Shown in pieces: positions 9,333 through 19,629 of a stretch of DNA of 64,000 bases; position 1 is the stretch's first letter; each line of letters begins with the position of its first letter. The translations under genes were made by a program, and so were the position numbers. Origin of the DNA: Candidatus Limnocylindrales bacterium (GTDB lineage: Bacteria; Patescibacteriota; Microgenomatia; Levybacterales; UBA12049); assembly GCA_035526025.1 (NCBI GenBank), contig DATLDE010000004.1, positions 13,011 through 77,010 of the forward strand, read 5' to 3'. The notes beneath the pieces are model-generated. The model was not told the DNA's origin, searched no databases, and saw only the letters and a list, made by a program, of their open reading frames with translations.

Positions 9333-11556
9333 AAAATCTTATCCAATAAAAGGCATGCATTGCGCTTCTTGCGTACGGGTTACTGAACGTGCTCTAAAAA
9401 AAACTCATGGCGTCAAAGAAGCTGTGGTAAATCTCGCAACGCAAAAAGCAACCGTTACTTATGATCAGGACAATTGTACTCCTGAACAACTTGCAGAGTC
9501 TATTTCCAAAACTGGTTACACTTTGGATCTTGATGAAAAAAGTGAAGAAATTCAAGAGATAGAAAAAAAGAAAGAATTAAAAGAATTAAGAAAAAAAGTA
9601 ATTATCAGTCTAAGTGCGGGAGCGCTTATTTTGTGGGGTAGTTTTCCAGGACTTATTAATACTGCTCCTGAAATTCTTAAGAACTTTTATGTCCAGTTAA
9701 TTCTTGCAACACCTATTCAATTTTGGGCGGCAGCAGAATTTTACCGCGCAACTATCCCGGCACTTAAAAATAGAACTGCCAATATGGATACATTGGTTTC
9801 ACTTGGCACCACTGTTGCATTTATATATTCTGTATTTGTAACTTTTTTCCCCAGCGTGGTTATGAATTTGGGTATTGATCATATGCCATATTTTGATGTT
9901 GCGGTAATAGTGATTGGACTTATACTTTTAGGACGATATTTCGAAGCCAAAGCCAAATTGGGAACAAGTGGCGCCATAAAAAAATTGCTTGGTTTACAGG
10001 CCAAAACAGCCAGAGTTATGAGAGATGGAAAGGAAATTGATATCCCGATTGAGGAGGTACAAGTAGGTGAAATTATCCGCGTCAGACCAGGGGAAAAAAT
10101 TCCTGTTGATGGTGAACTAACTGAGGGAGAATCATCCATCGATGAATCAATGGTGAGTGGAGAAAGTATCCCAACAGACAAGACGAAAGGAGATATTGTA
10201 ATTGGTTCAACGATAAATAAATCAGGTACATTTTTATATAAAGCCACCAGGGTAGGAAGCGACACAATGCTTTCTCAAATCATAAAACTTGTTCAGGAAG
10301 CACAAGGCAGTAAGGCCCCTATCCAGAGACTTGCTGATGTAGTGTCTTCATATTTTGTACCAATTGTTATCATGCTGGCTTTTGCAACTTTTGGTATATG
10401 GTATATTTTCGGCCCCTCCCCTTCATTTCTTTTTGCCATACTTAACACAGTTGCTGTTCTTATTATTGCATGTCCCTGCGCGATGGGACTTGCAACACCT
10501 ACAGCAATAATGGTAGGAACTGGAATAGGAGCCGAACATGGAATACTCATAAAAGATGCAGCGAGTCTTGAGATTGCAAATAAAATTAATACTGTTATTT
10601 TTGATAAAACAGGAACGCTCACAAAAGGAGTTCCTGTTGTGACAGATGTGATTGCTTTTGGAAAATTAAAAAAAGCTGAAGTACTACGTCTTGCGGCATC
10701 AATTGAAAAAGGATCAGAACACTCCCTTGCCGATGCTATTGTAAAAAATGCAGAAGAAAAAAATCTAAAACTTGATAAAATTACAAAGTTCAAATCAATT
10801 GCAGGACATGGAATTGAAGGCGTGATTGGTGAACAAAAAATTACTTTTGGAAATAGACGCCTCATGGACCGCGAAAAAATCTCATATAAAGATATTTCGG
10901 AGCAAATTAGTAAACTTGAAAATGAAGGAAAAACCGTTATGCTTCTGGCTGTAGACAAAAAGCTTGTTGGACTTGTTGCAGTTGCAGATACTATCAAAGA
11001 AACTGCTAGAGCAGGAATAGAAGCACTACAAAAACAAAATATTAAAGTCGCAATGATCACAGGTGACAACCAAAGAACCGCTGAGGCTATTGCTAAAAAA
11101 TTAGGGATTAAAGTAGTGCTGGCCGAAGTTTTGCCTGATCAAAAAGAAGGAGAAGTGCGAAAACTTCAAGCTCAAGGTAAAAAAGTTGCAATGATTGGAG
11201 ATGGAATCAATGACGCACCTGCTCTTGCTGCAGCTGATATCGGAATTGCGATGGGAACAGGAACAGATGTCGCGATAGAAGCTGCCGACATAACCCTAAT
11301 TAATAAAGACTTACGCTCTGTTGCAAAAGCAATTGTGCTTTCCAAAAAAACCATGCGAACAATTAAAATAAATCTGTTCTGGGCTTTTGGATACAATATA
11401 ATTCTTATTCCTGTTGCAATGGGTGCTCTATATCCGTTTTTTCATATCCTTCTAAATCCGATCTTTGCATCAGTTGCCATGGCAACAAGCTCTATTTCTG
11501 TCGTATCTAATTCACTTTTGTTAAAGAAACTAAAACTTGGTACAATAAGAACTTAG
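9319..11556 (+). CDS. copA: Copper-translocating P1B-type ATPase
   Basis: GMHCASC HMA, CPC, DKTGTLT, SEHSL, GDGINDAP, YN and MATSS motifs. Confidence 0.97.
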   Translation: MTEIKKSYPIKGMHCASCVRVTERALKKTHGVKEAVVNLATQKATVTYDQDNCTPEQLAESISKTGYTLDLDEKSEEIQEIEKKKELKELRKKVIISLSAGALILWGSFPGLINTAPEILKNFYVQLILATPIQFWAAAEFYRATIPALKNRTANMDTLVSLGTTVAFIYSVFVTFFPSVVMNLGIDHMPYFDVAVIVIGLILLGRYFEAKAKLGTSGAIKKLLGLQAKTARVMRDGKEIDIPIEEVQVGEIIRVRPGEKIPVDGELTEGESSIDESMVSGESIPTDKTKGDIVIGSTINKSGTFLYKATRVGSDTMLSQIIKLVQEAQGSKAPIQRLADVVSSYFVPIVIMLAFATFGIWYIFGPSPSFLFAILNTVAVLIIACPCAMGLATPTAIMVGTGIGAEHGILIKDAASLEIANKINTVIFDKTGTLTKGVPVVTDVIAFGKLKKAEVLRLAASIEKGSEHSLADAIVKNAEEKNLKLDKITKFKSIAGHGIEGVIGEQKITFGNRRLMDREKISYKDISEQISKLENEGKTVMLLAVDKKLVGLVAVADTIKETARAGIEALQKQNIKVAMITGDNQRTAEAIAKKLGIKVVLAEVLPDQKEGEVRKLQAQGKKVAMIGDGINDAPALAAADIGIAMGTGTDVAIEAADITLINKDLRSVAKAIVLSKKTMRTIKINLFWAFGYNIILIPVAMGALYPFFHILLNPIFASVAMATSSISVVSNSLLLKKLKLGTIRT

Positions 11557-11561
11557 AACGT

Positions 11562-12605
11562 ATGGAAAATTCAAATTTAATAGCAATTTTTTTAACCGGA
11601 CTTTTCGCAGGAGCACTCACTTGTCTTGCTGTTCAGGGCGGATTACTGGCTACATCTATTGCCCAGCATGAAGAAAAAAGATTGAAAGACGGAATTAAGA
11701 AAACAGGTAATGCATTACCAATTCTTTCTTTTGTCATTGCGAAATTAATTGCTTATACTTTTTTAGGTTTTTTACTTGGATGGTTTGGTTCGATCTTCCA
11801 ACTATCTCTCAATGCAAATATAATTCTTCAAATAATTGTCGGCGTATTTATGCTAGGCACAGCCCTTAATCTTTTAAATGTTCACCCAATTTTCCGCTAT
11901 TTTATTATTCAACCACCTAGATTTTTGACAAGATATATAAGAAAAGAATCTAAAAGCGGTAGCTACTTTACCCCAGCACTGCTTGGTGCATTTACAGTAT
12001 TTATTCCATGTGGTGCGACACAAGCTGTGATGGCTTTATCAGTTGCCTCAGGCAATCCATTTTCGGGCGCAGCAATACTTTTTGCTTTTGTCTTAGGAAC
12101 ATCTCCTCTTTTCTTTACGCTTGGATACTTAGCAACAAAACTGAGTAGCAGCCTGCAACAGAAATTCATGAAATTCGCAGCTTTCACAATTATTTTACTT
12201 GCTGCGTTTAATTTGAATAATACTCTTGCTTTAACAGGAAATAATTTTACTATTGAAAACATAGGAAAAGGTTTCTGGTGCACAATAAGCTATTGTGAAA
12301 GTTCGGAATCTGCTACTACACAGAATTCAAAACAAGCAATAACGGAAGCAGATCTTAACATTGAAGCAACTGGATATAACCCAAATAGCTTAACGGTAAA
12401 AGCAGGATCCAAAATCACACTACATCTTAAAAATAATGGGGGCGGAGGATGCACACAGGCATTTACAATTCCAAGCCTGGGTATTCAAAAAATTGTTCCG
12501 CTTGGCGCAACGGATACTTTGACATTTACAGCACCGGATAAAACAGGAGATCTGGCTTTTATGTGCAGTATGGGGATGTATAGGGGGAATATAAATGTCA
12601 TCTAA
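11562..12605 (+). CDS. DsbD_2/TauE-like membrane protein with C-terminal cupredoxin domain
   Basis: LTCLAVQGG, FIPCG, FMCSMGMYRG. Confidence 0.85.
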   Translation: MENSNLIAIFLTGLFAGALTCLAVQGGLLATSIAQHEEKRLKDGIKKTGNALPILSFVIAKLIAYTFLGFLLGWFGSIFQLSLNANIILQIIVGVFMLGTALNLLNVHPIFRYFIIQPPRFLTRYIRKESKSGSYFTPALLGAFTVFIPCGATQAVMALSVASGNPFSGAAILFAFVLGTSPLFFTLGYLATKLSSSLQQKFMKFAAFTIILLAAFNLNNTLALTGNNFTIENIGKGFWCTISYCESSESATTQNSKQAITEADLNIEATGYNPNSLTVKAGSKITLHLKNNGGGGCTQAFTIPSLGIQKIVPLGATDTLTFTAPDKTGDLAFMCSMGMYRGNINVI

Positions 12606-12819
12606 AATAAAATTAAAAATTGCCGGCATGCATTGCACAAGTTGTGCTATGAACATTGACGGAGAGCTTGAAGATACAGCAGGTGTGAAAGAAGCCAAAA
12701 CAAATTATGCCAAACAATGCGCAGAAGTAACGTTTGATCAAAATGAAATTTCGGAAGGTAAAATAATTTCGATTATCCAAAAGCTTGATGACAAATACGT
12801 TGCTGAGGTAATTAAATAA
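12595..12819 (+). CDS. copZ: Heavy-metal-associated copper chaperone
   Basis: IAGMHCTSC; 74 aa. Confidence 0.9.
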   Translation: MSSKIKLKIAGMHCTSCAMNIDGELEDTAGVKEAKTNYAKQCAEVTFDQNEISEGKIISIIQKLDDKYVAEVIK

Positions 12820-12887
12820 TTTCAGTTCTTGCAGTCTCCTTACACATCTTTTATTCGTTTATATTAAAAAATCCGTATTATGGCATC

Positions 12888-12965
12888 ATGGAAACACAAT
12901 TAATACTACTTACATCTGGAGCTGTTGGATTCTTTGTCTTTATGAAGACCCAATTTCTCAACTAG
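12888..12965 (+). CDS. Possible 25-aa hydrophobic peptide
   Basis: METQLILLTSGAVGFFVFMKTQFLN*; TATTAT 6 nt before ATG. Confidence 0.3.
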   Translation: METQLILLTSGAVGFFVFMKTQFLN

Positions 12966-13019
12966 TACAATAAGAGTAACTGCCCATACTCTCCGTAACC
13001 TCTGTGTCTTTTATATTTT

Positions 13020-13394
13020 ATGGATAATAACGACTATAATGGCAAAAAAATACTTATAGCTGATGATAACCCTGATATCATCGCTTCTCTACAGCTAATG
13101 CTTGAGGGCGAGGGTTTTAAGGTCGAATCGACACTCGAAGGAGGAAAAGTTGGAAAAATGTTACAAAACCATCCTGATCTGCTAATTCTTGATGTTATGA
13201 TGTCAGGACATGACGGGCGGCAAATATGTAAATCCATAAAAAGCCATGAAAGCACAAGAGATATCCCCGTAATTATGTTCTCAGCAAACAGAAATATTGA
13301 AGAATCCTCAAGAAAAGCTGGAGCAAATTGTTTTATTGCAAAACCTTTTGAGTTTAACGATCTATTACAAAAAGTGGAAACCCACATTAACTAA
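13020..13394 (+). CDS. Single-domain response regulator (CheY-like)
   Basis: ILIADD, LILDVMMSGHDG, FIAKPF. Confidence 0.93.
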   Translation: MDNNDYNGKKILIADDNPDIIASLQLMLEGEGFKVESTLEGGKVGKMLQNHPDLLILDVMMSGHDGRQICKSIKSHESTRDIPVIMFSANRNIEESSRKAGANCFIAKPFEFNDLLQKVETHIN

Positions 13395-13465
13395 AAATTA
13401 TTTTCCCTCTTATTTAAATCAAAAATAGCTTTTTTCAGAGCCGATGCATATAATAGAGAAAGCTC

Positions 13466-14119
13466 ATGAATCAACAGGCCCAAGATCCATCTACATATAT
13501 AGCATTGTCAGAATCAGGACTGGTTCTGCTGGAAAAAGAATTTCAAATAATTATTAACGAAGTCATAAAAGGCATAACGGATGTTACGACTTATCTTAAT
13601 GTTAAAAATGAATTAACACCAGAATTAATTGTTTCAAATAAAATTGGAGTGATTGGATACTCAACTGACATAGATGCAATTCATATGCCCATTAATTACT
13701 TAAATTTAGTTTCCAACAACACTACTCCCATTGAATACAGAGACCAACTTGTATGCTTTGTTCCTGATAAGTTTTATATAATCTTAAAATATATTTATTG
13801 GCTGAGAATATTTGGAAGGGAAAGCGCAATACATTATTTCCAAAAACATGGCAATCCAAAATTAAAGGTAAAATTTCCCCAAGCATTTGACAAAAATCTA
13901 TCCCCCAAAAGCCTACTGCTTAGTGACTTGGAAGTTGAAGCAAGAACTATAGGAGATGAAATTATATCTGTGAATAAAGAAAATTCACTTTGGACAAATG
14001 TTGATAATTATTTTGCAATTAATTTCCCAGACTACCATAATAAATCAATTGACTATCTAACGAAACTGCAAAAGCCCAAACTTGAAATTTCTTTTGAGTT
14101 GGAAAGTTTTTTAGCATAA
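13466..14119 (+). CDS. Hypothetical protein
   Basis: 217-aa ORF; RESAIHYFQ...EVEAR resembles a degenerate zincin motif. Confidence 0.6.
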   Translation: MNQQAQDPSTYIALSESGLVLLEKEFQIIINEVIKGITDVTTYLNVKNELTPELIVSNKIGVIGYSTDIDAIHMPINYLNLVSNNTTPIEYRDQLVCFVPDKFYIILKYIYWLRIFGRESAIHYFQKHGNPKLKVKFPQAFDKNLSPKSLLLSDLEVEARTIGDEIISVNKENSLWTNVDNYFAINFPDYHNKSIDYLTKLQKPKLEISFELESFLA

Positions 14120-14131
14120 TAACCTTAAAAT

Positions 14132-14638
14132 ATGAGGAACAGATTTAAAAATATTCATGAAGATTATTTGCGTAGCATTATCTTCGGATTTCAAGATGCC
14201 CTCGTTTCAACAACAGGTGCAATAGCAGGTGTTGCAATCGGCTCAAAAGATAAAAATTTAGTTATTCTTGCGGGCTTAGTTGTTATTACGGTTGAAGCAT
14301 TATCGATGGGGATTGGCCAGTATACAAGCGAAAAGGCTGTGCATCAACTGGACAAAACGGGCAAACATACTGATAATCTTTATATTGGTGGCATTTTAAT
14401 GACCCTTTCATATTTTCTCGGGGGTTTAATTCCCTTAACACCAATACTTCTGCTAGAATTACCACTTTCACAAATTCTGAGTATTGCGTTCGCTTTATGT
14501 GGATTATTTGCCTTAGGCTTTATTAAAGCAAAGCTTGTCCAGGTCAATCCATGGAAAAGCGCTTTTGAAATATTTGTATTTGGCGGAATTACAACAGCAT
14601 TAGGAATCTTAATAGGTACGCTATTCAAGGTCAACTAA
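14132..14638 (+). CDS. VIT1/CCC1 family Fe/Mn transporter
   Basis: IIFGFQDALVST, EALSMGIGQYTSEK, GGLIPL. Confidence 0.9.
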   Translation: MRNRFKNIHEDYLRSIIFGFQDALVSTTGAIAGVAIGSKDKNLVILAGLVVITVEALSMGIGQYTSEKAVHQLDKTGKHTDNLYIGGILMTLSYFLGGLIPLTPILLLELPLSQILSIAFALCGLFALGFIKAKLVQVNPWKSAFEIFVFGGITTALGILIGTLFKVN

Positions 14639-14651
14639 AAATTAGTTTAAA

Positions 14652-15680
14652 TCAATCCGTGAATTCTTGGGAATACATCTTACCGTAAATTCCTCCGTCA
14701 ATTACACCAACGCCAATCTTTCTAAAATTCGGACTTAATATATTCTTTCTATGACCCGGACTATTCATAAGGCCCTGCATAGCAAGATCAGTTGAGGGAG
14801 CAAGAGCCAAATTTTCTCCGGCAAAAGTGAATTCGATATCAGCTTTCTCCATACGATCAAATGGGGATAATCCTTCAGGTGTATAATGAGAAAAGAATCC
14901 TCTTTTGAGCATATCGTCTGAATGCCTCCTGGCAACATCTCTTAAGCTATTATCAAAGGCGAGAAGCTGGACGCCTGCTTTTGCTCTCTGTGTGTTAACC
15001 ATACGAAACATCTCCTGTTCAGCTTTACTGTCTTTTTTCCCACTTGAGACTTTAAAATTCAGCTTTACTAATTCATCACTTTGCGGCTGAACAGTTAAGA
15101 AATTAAGAGTTTCTGAAAGCGCTCCTCCAAAAATATCATTAAGTCTCTTCTCAAAAAATGACGTATTGGAAATAAGTTTTGAGCTCATTCTGGAATCAGT
15201 AACAAGGCTCTTAATAAGAGGAGACGATGGCAAAGAGACTATAACAGAAAGTATGAAAGATAATACTATAAATGCAGATGCAAGCCCTGGAAGAAGGCCC
15301 AACCAATGATCGGTGTCTTTAAAAAACACAAAAAGTTTATTGTGAGGTGGGATTGACGGAAATCTATTTATCAACTTTCTAAAAAGAATGCTTAATACTA
15401 TCTCGCAAATAAGTGCAGTTATGAAAAAGCCCCCTGCGTTGGCAAAACCAACAGGAAGTGAAAAAGTGTTCAATAGAAAGTAAGATATGAGACCATAAAA
15501 TTTTAGCGCAATTATAAAAGACAGCACAAAACTGGCTAGATCTAAAAATGCTAAAGTAAATCCCAAACTAAACCCCTCGTGTAGATAAAAAAGTACGACA
15601 AGGACAATTATAATATCAAGAATATTAATTCCTAAGGGAGGGATTGATAATTGGGACAGTAAGGATGCAAAATTAAACAC
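14652..15680 (-). CDS. CvpA-like membrane domain fused to a CAP (SCP) domain
   Basis: LDIIIVLVVLFYLHEGFSLGF; HSDDM, FFSH, GENLA, LMNSPGHRKNIL. Confidence 0.88.
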   Translation of the reverse strand: MFNFASLLSQLSIPPLGINILDIIIVLVVLFYLHEGFSLGFTLAFLDLASFVLSFIIALKFYGLISYFLLNTFSLPVGFANAGGFFITALICEIVLSILFRKLINRFPSIPPHNKLFVFFKDTDHWLGLLPGLASAFIVLSFILSVIVSLPSSPLIKSLVTDSRMSSKLISNTSFFEKRLNDIFGGALSETLNFLTVQPQSDELVKLNFKVSSGKKDSKAEQEMFRMVNTQRAKAGVQLLAFDNSLRDVARRHSDDMLKRGFFSHYTPEGLSPFDRMEKADIEFTFAGENLALAPSTDLAMQGLMNSPGHRKNILSPNFRKIGVGVIDGGIYGKMYSQEFTD

Positions 15681-15731
15681 TATTGTATATTATAAAACAA
15701 ATTTATCTATGCTAAAATAGATTTTACTCCC

Positions 15732-17921
15732 ATGAGTGTAAAGCGTTATAGCAAAATTGTAAAGAAAGCAAAAAAATTCTCGAAGACGAGGCGTAACTTA
15801 TTTATTTTCCTCTGCTTTGCTTTTACCATTTTACTGGCATTTGGAATATTATACATTATTCTGTTGCGAGATCTACCGTCACCTACTCATCTGGGTAATA
15901 CGACAGGCTCGTATTCAACCCAGATTTATGATAGAAACAATAAGCACCTCTATACTATTTATTCAAATCGGAATCAAAGCTTTATTCCTTTAAATAAAAT
16001 CCCAAAAAATATCCAACAAGCAACTATAGCTATAGAGGACAAAGACTTTTACCGCCATGGAGCAGTAGACTTCAGAGGAATCGTCCGAGCTGCGTATTCA
16101 ACGCTATATCATAAAAGAATACAGGGGGGCTCCACTCTCACACAGCAGTTAGTAAAAAATAGTCTGTTAACGCCTGAGCAAACCCTTCAGAGAAAAATAA
16201 GAGAAGTTATTTTGGCTTTTGCTACTGAAGCGCTTTATGATAAAGATAAGATTCTCGAAATGTATCTTAACCAAGTGCCATATGGGGGAACTTCTTATGG
16301 AGTTGAAGCCGCTTCCCAAGGATATTTTGGAAAATCAATAAAGGATCTTACTCTCGCAGAACAAGCTTTCCTGGCAGGTCTTCCGGAAGCTCCAAGCACT
16401 CTTTCTCCCTTCGGCTCACGTCCTGAACTCGGGAAAAAACGACAGAAAGAAATTCTCCGCAAAATGTATGATCAAAAATATATCAGTAAAACAGAACGGG
16501 ATAAAGCACTAGCACAAACTCTAAAGTTCCAAAAAATTACAAATCCGATAAAGGCACCTCACTTTGTTTTCTATGTAAAAGATCTACTTGTTAAGAAATA
16601 TGGACAACAAGTTGTGGAGCAAGGAGGACTTAAAGTCATAACCAGTCTTGATCTGAATACTCAAAATTTTGCCCAGGCAACAGTTGCCTCAGAAGTTGCA
16701 CAGCTTACTAGCTATAGCGTAGGTAATGGTGGCGCGCTTGTCACTAACCCCGGGACAGGTGAGATACTGGCAATGGTTGGAGGTAAGGACTATTTTGATG
16801 CAAAAGAGGGAAATGTAAATATCACAATTGCCAACAGGCAGCCAGGATCTTCAATAAAACCAATTAACTATGCGCTAGGACTTATAAAGGGATACTCGGC
16901 TGCGATGCCTTTTATAGATGCGCCTGTTTGCTTCCCAAATCCACCTCAAAAACCCTATTGCCCTCGCAACTATGATGGCCGTTTTCACGGTATAGTGACC
17001 ATGAGACAAGCTCTCGGACAATCTCTCAACATACCAGCAGTGCAGATGCTCAAATTGAATACAATTGAGAGCATGATACAGCTTTCATCTGCGATGGGAC
17101 TAAAACTTAATGACCCTAGAGGATATGGGCTCTCACTTACCTTGGGAGGAGCTGGCGTTACAATGGCAGATATGTCAACGGCATTTGGGGTATTTGCAAA
17201 TCAAGGATATCGAGTAGATCTGCATCCAATACTTAAGGTCACAGATAGAAATAACAAAGTGCTTGAGGAGTACAAACCTCCAAAAAGTCCTATATTTGGA
17301 AAGAAAGTTATGCCTTCTGAGGTTAGCTTTATAATTTCTGACATTCTTTCTGATAACAATGCGCGTACTCCTGCGTTTGGTCCAAATTCCGAACTAAAAA
17401 TAGATGGGAAACACGTTTCAGTCAAAACAGGAACCACCAATGATTACCGTGATAACTGGACAATCGGCTATACTCCTTCAGTTCTTATTGCAGTCTGGGT
17501 CGGAAATAATGATAATACCCCGATGTCAGGAATCGTTTCAGGAGTGACAGGAGCTGCCCCTATCTGGAACACCCTCATGACGCATATGCTTGAAGGGAAA
17601 AAACCTGAAATCCCACAAAAGCCACCAAATGTTTATGGTAAAAATACCTGCACAACGAGCGCTACGCCAACTGGTGGCCCGGCCCAAATCTGCTCAGGCC
17701 GGTTTGAGTACTTCATAAGAGGAACTGAAAATAAGAATGCTGCCGTGGTGAGACGTGAAAAAGTATTCGTTGATAAAACAACCGGTGAACAGGCTCCTGC
17801 TGGGAAAACTGAAAATGTTGAAGAGCGGGAACAAGATGTGATGATAGATGCAACTGGCAATAAATTCTGTATCAGCTGTGCAAAACCACAACCAACGCCA
17901 ACGCCTGCTCCTGCTCCGTAG
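15732..17921 (+). CDS. Class A penicillin-binding protein (PBP1A family)
   Basis: EDKDFYRHG, GGSTLTQQL, RKIRE; SSIK, SLN, KTGT. Confidence 0.95.
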   Translation: MSVKRYSKIVKKAKKFSKTRRNLFIFLCFAFTILLAFGILYIILLRDLPSPTHLGNTTGSYSTQIYDRNNKHLYTIYSNRNQSFIPLNKIPKNIQQATIAIEDKDFYRHGAVDFRGIVRAAYSTLYHKRIQGGSTLTQQLVKNSLLTPEQTLQRKIREVILAFATEALYDKDKILEMYLNQVPYGGTSYGVEAASQGYFGKSIKDLTLAEQAFLAGLPEAPSTLSPFGSRPELGKKRQKEILRKMYDQKYISKTERDKALAQTLKFQKITNPIKAPHFVFYVKDLLVKKYGQQVVEQGGLKVITSLDLNTQNFAQATVASEVAQLTSYSVGNGGALVTNPGTGEILAMVGGKDYFDAKEGNVNITIANRQPGSSIKPINYALGLIKGYSAAMPFIDAPVCFPNPPQKPYCPRNYDGRFHGIVTMRQALGQSLNIPAVQMLKLNTIESMIQLSSAMGLKLNDPRGYGLSLTLGGAGVTMADMSTAFGVFANQGYRVDLHPILKVTDRNNKVLEEYKPPKSPIFGKKVMPSEVSFIISDILSDNNARTPAFGPNSELKIDGKHVSVKTGTTNDYRDNWTIGYTPSVLIAVWVGNNDNTPMSGIVSGVTGAAPIWNTLMTHMLEGKKPEIPQKPPNVYGKNTCTTSATPTGGPAQICSGRFEYFIRGTENKNAAVVRREKVFVDKTTGEQAPAGKTENVEEREQDVMIDATGNKFCISCAKPQPTPTPAPAP

Positions 17922-17950
17922 CAAGGAGTGAGCTATCTATTTATATAAAT

Positions 17951-18148
17951 ATGGAAAGCAGAAATTACAATAAAACATCAGGCAGAAAAACATTGATACT
18001 GGTAATCATACTAATGTCTGTAATTATTTTACTGTCGATTTATTCTGTTTTTCTTATTCTTCGTAAATCAGCTGTGGTTACAAATTCAAGTTACTATGAT
18101 AAATCAGGAGAAGCATATCCAAATGAGGATCAAATCATCCCCAAGTAG
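17951..18148 (+). CDS. Small single-TM hypothetical protein
   Basis: 65-aa ORF with a long hydrophobic stretch. Confidence 0.55.
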   Translation: MESRNYNKTSGRKTLILVIILMSVIILLSIYSVFLILRKSAVVTNSSYYDKSGEAYPNEDQIIPK

Positions 18149-18281
18149 CTTTCAGTTAGTAAATTAATTCCTACTCTTTTATTTTGTCTGGCAACCAAAT
18201 ATTATAAAGATGAATGTTATATCGCGAACAAATTGAAAAAATTAAAAATCGTATTTTGCAATACAGAAATTCTTAAGCTTC

Positions 18282-18923
18282 TCAATCTTTTAAAGAATCT
18301 TTAAGAAGCCTGAATTGCTCCTCAGGAGATTTGTCTGAGTCAAAAAGAAAACTTGTCGCGACGAATCTACTAGCTCCAAGATTTTTGGTTATGTGAATTG
18401 TCCTTTCATTTATTCCTCCATCAACCTCAATTGGGACGTCGGTAAGTTCTTTCAGCTCTTCAATTTTAACCAATGCATCATCATTAAATTCTTGTCCGGA
18501 AAAGCCAGCCTTAACCGCCATCACCAAAATAGTGTCCAGATCATCCAGTTGAACTTTTATGTCTCTGACCGGAGTATCCAGATCTATTGCCAGTCCTGCT
18601 TCTCCCAATATCTGAGCTTGCGCTACAAATTCTGCTTGATCTGACATCTTCTCAATTTGCCCGATGAATCTTTGAAATCCTGCGTCTGCAAAAGACTTCA
18701 GATAATTGATTGGTTCATGCACCATAAGATGAACTTCAAAAATAAAGTCTTTTGAGTATTTTGCAAAAGGAGCAGGCTCTGAGAATGTTTTATTATCCGC
18801 AAATTTACCATCAATAATATCAATGTGGATTACTCTCGCAAATCCTTTCACGTCTTGAAGCTTTTTTTCAATTGCCTCAAAATCTTTATCTGCTGTTCCC
18901 GGACTGGGTATAATCTCGTACAT
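18282..18923 (-). CDS. rpe: Ribulose-phosphate 3-epimerase
   Basis: HIDIIDGKF, EVHLMV, GFSGQ, EVDGGIN. Confidence 0.93.
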   Translation of the reverse strand: MYEIIPSPGTADKDFEAIEKKLQDVKGFARVIHIDIIDGKFADNKTFSEPAPFAKYSKDFIFEVHLMVHEPINYLKSFADAGFQRFIGQIEKMSDQAEFVAQAQILGEAGLAIDLDTPVRDIKVQLDDLDTILVMAVKAGFSGQEFNDDALVKIEELKELTDVPIEVDGGINERTIHITKNLGASRFVATSFLFDSDKSPEEQFRLLKDSLKD

Positions 18924-18929
18924 AATAAT

Positions 18930-19037
18930 CTAATTTTCAATTTGAAATTTAAAATTTGAAATGAATTCAAAAATGTTTAACCATTTAAATTTAAAACATT
19001 AAATATTCATTGAAAATTGAAAACTGAAAATTAAAAG
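18930..19037. repeat. AT-rich heptamer-repeat element with inverted arms between rpiB and rpe
   Basis: TTTGAAA TTTAAAA TTTGAAA ... TTGAAAA TTGAAAA CTGAAAA; left TAATTTTCAATT complementary to the right end. Confidence 0.6.
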
Positions 19038-19544
19038 TTAAAAATTGTCTTCTATCGCTTTGATCTTTTCTACTCTCCTAACATGTCGTTCTGCTGTTGC
19101 ATCAGGTATATTAAGCCAGTATTCAACCGCTTTTAAAATATCTTCATCTTTGATAAACCTGAACCCAAATGAAAGCATATTTGCATCATTGTGCTCTCGT
19201 GTTAATCTAAGCATTTCAAACGGATCAGAACTCATTCTTCCTGTTATATCGGCGGCGTGAACAGGAATAGCTGGTGTATAAAAAAGAGCACATCTCACTC
19301 CTTTAAATTTGTTGGCAACCATTGCCTCGCCTTGTCCAGATCCTCCAAAAATTATTCCCCTATTGTTTTCTGGGTCTTCTGAAACACCTTTTGCAGCTTT
19401 ACTGATAAAATCTGGATAATCATCATCTTTGTTATATTCGTGAGCCCCGCAATCTTCTACCTGAAAACCTTTTTCTGTTAGGAACGTTTTGATTTTTTCT
19501 TTTAACTCAAGCCCGGTGTGATCTGTTGCGAGGAATACCTTCAT
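19038..19544 (-). CDS. rpiB: Ribose-5-phosphate isomerase B
   Basis: ATDHTG, DDYPD, GGSGQGE, REHNDAN, RHVRRV. Confidence 0.95.
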   Translation of the reverse strand: MKVFLATDHTGLELKEKIKTFLTEKGFQVEDCGAHEYNKDDDYPDFISKAAKGVSEDPENNRGIIFGGSGQGEAMVANKFKGVRCALFYTPAIPVHAADITGRMSSDPFEMLRLTREHNDANMLSFGFRFIKDEDILKAVEYWLNIPDATAERHVRRVEKIKAIEDNF

Positions 19545-19550
19545 AACTAC

Positions 19551-19629
19551 TTACAGTTTACAATTTACAGCTTACTTTTACAAGGATATTTGGAGTTAAT
19601 TGTTAAATGTGAAGTGTTAATTGTTGAGG
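19551..19629. repeat. Heptamer-repeat element with roughly inverted halves
   Basis: TTACAGT TTACAAT TTACAGC ... TGTTAAA TGTGAAG TGTTAAT. Confidence 0.55.

Noticed and set aside
9879-11396. Long antisense ORFs over copA (and similar ones over other genes, e.g. 6854-7534)
   Set aside because: Shadow frames of well-supported genes, with no motifs
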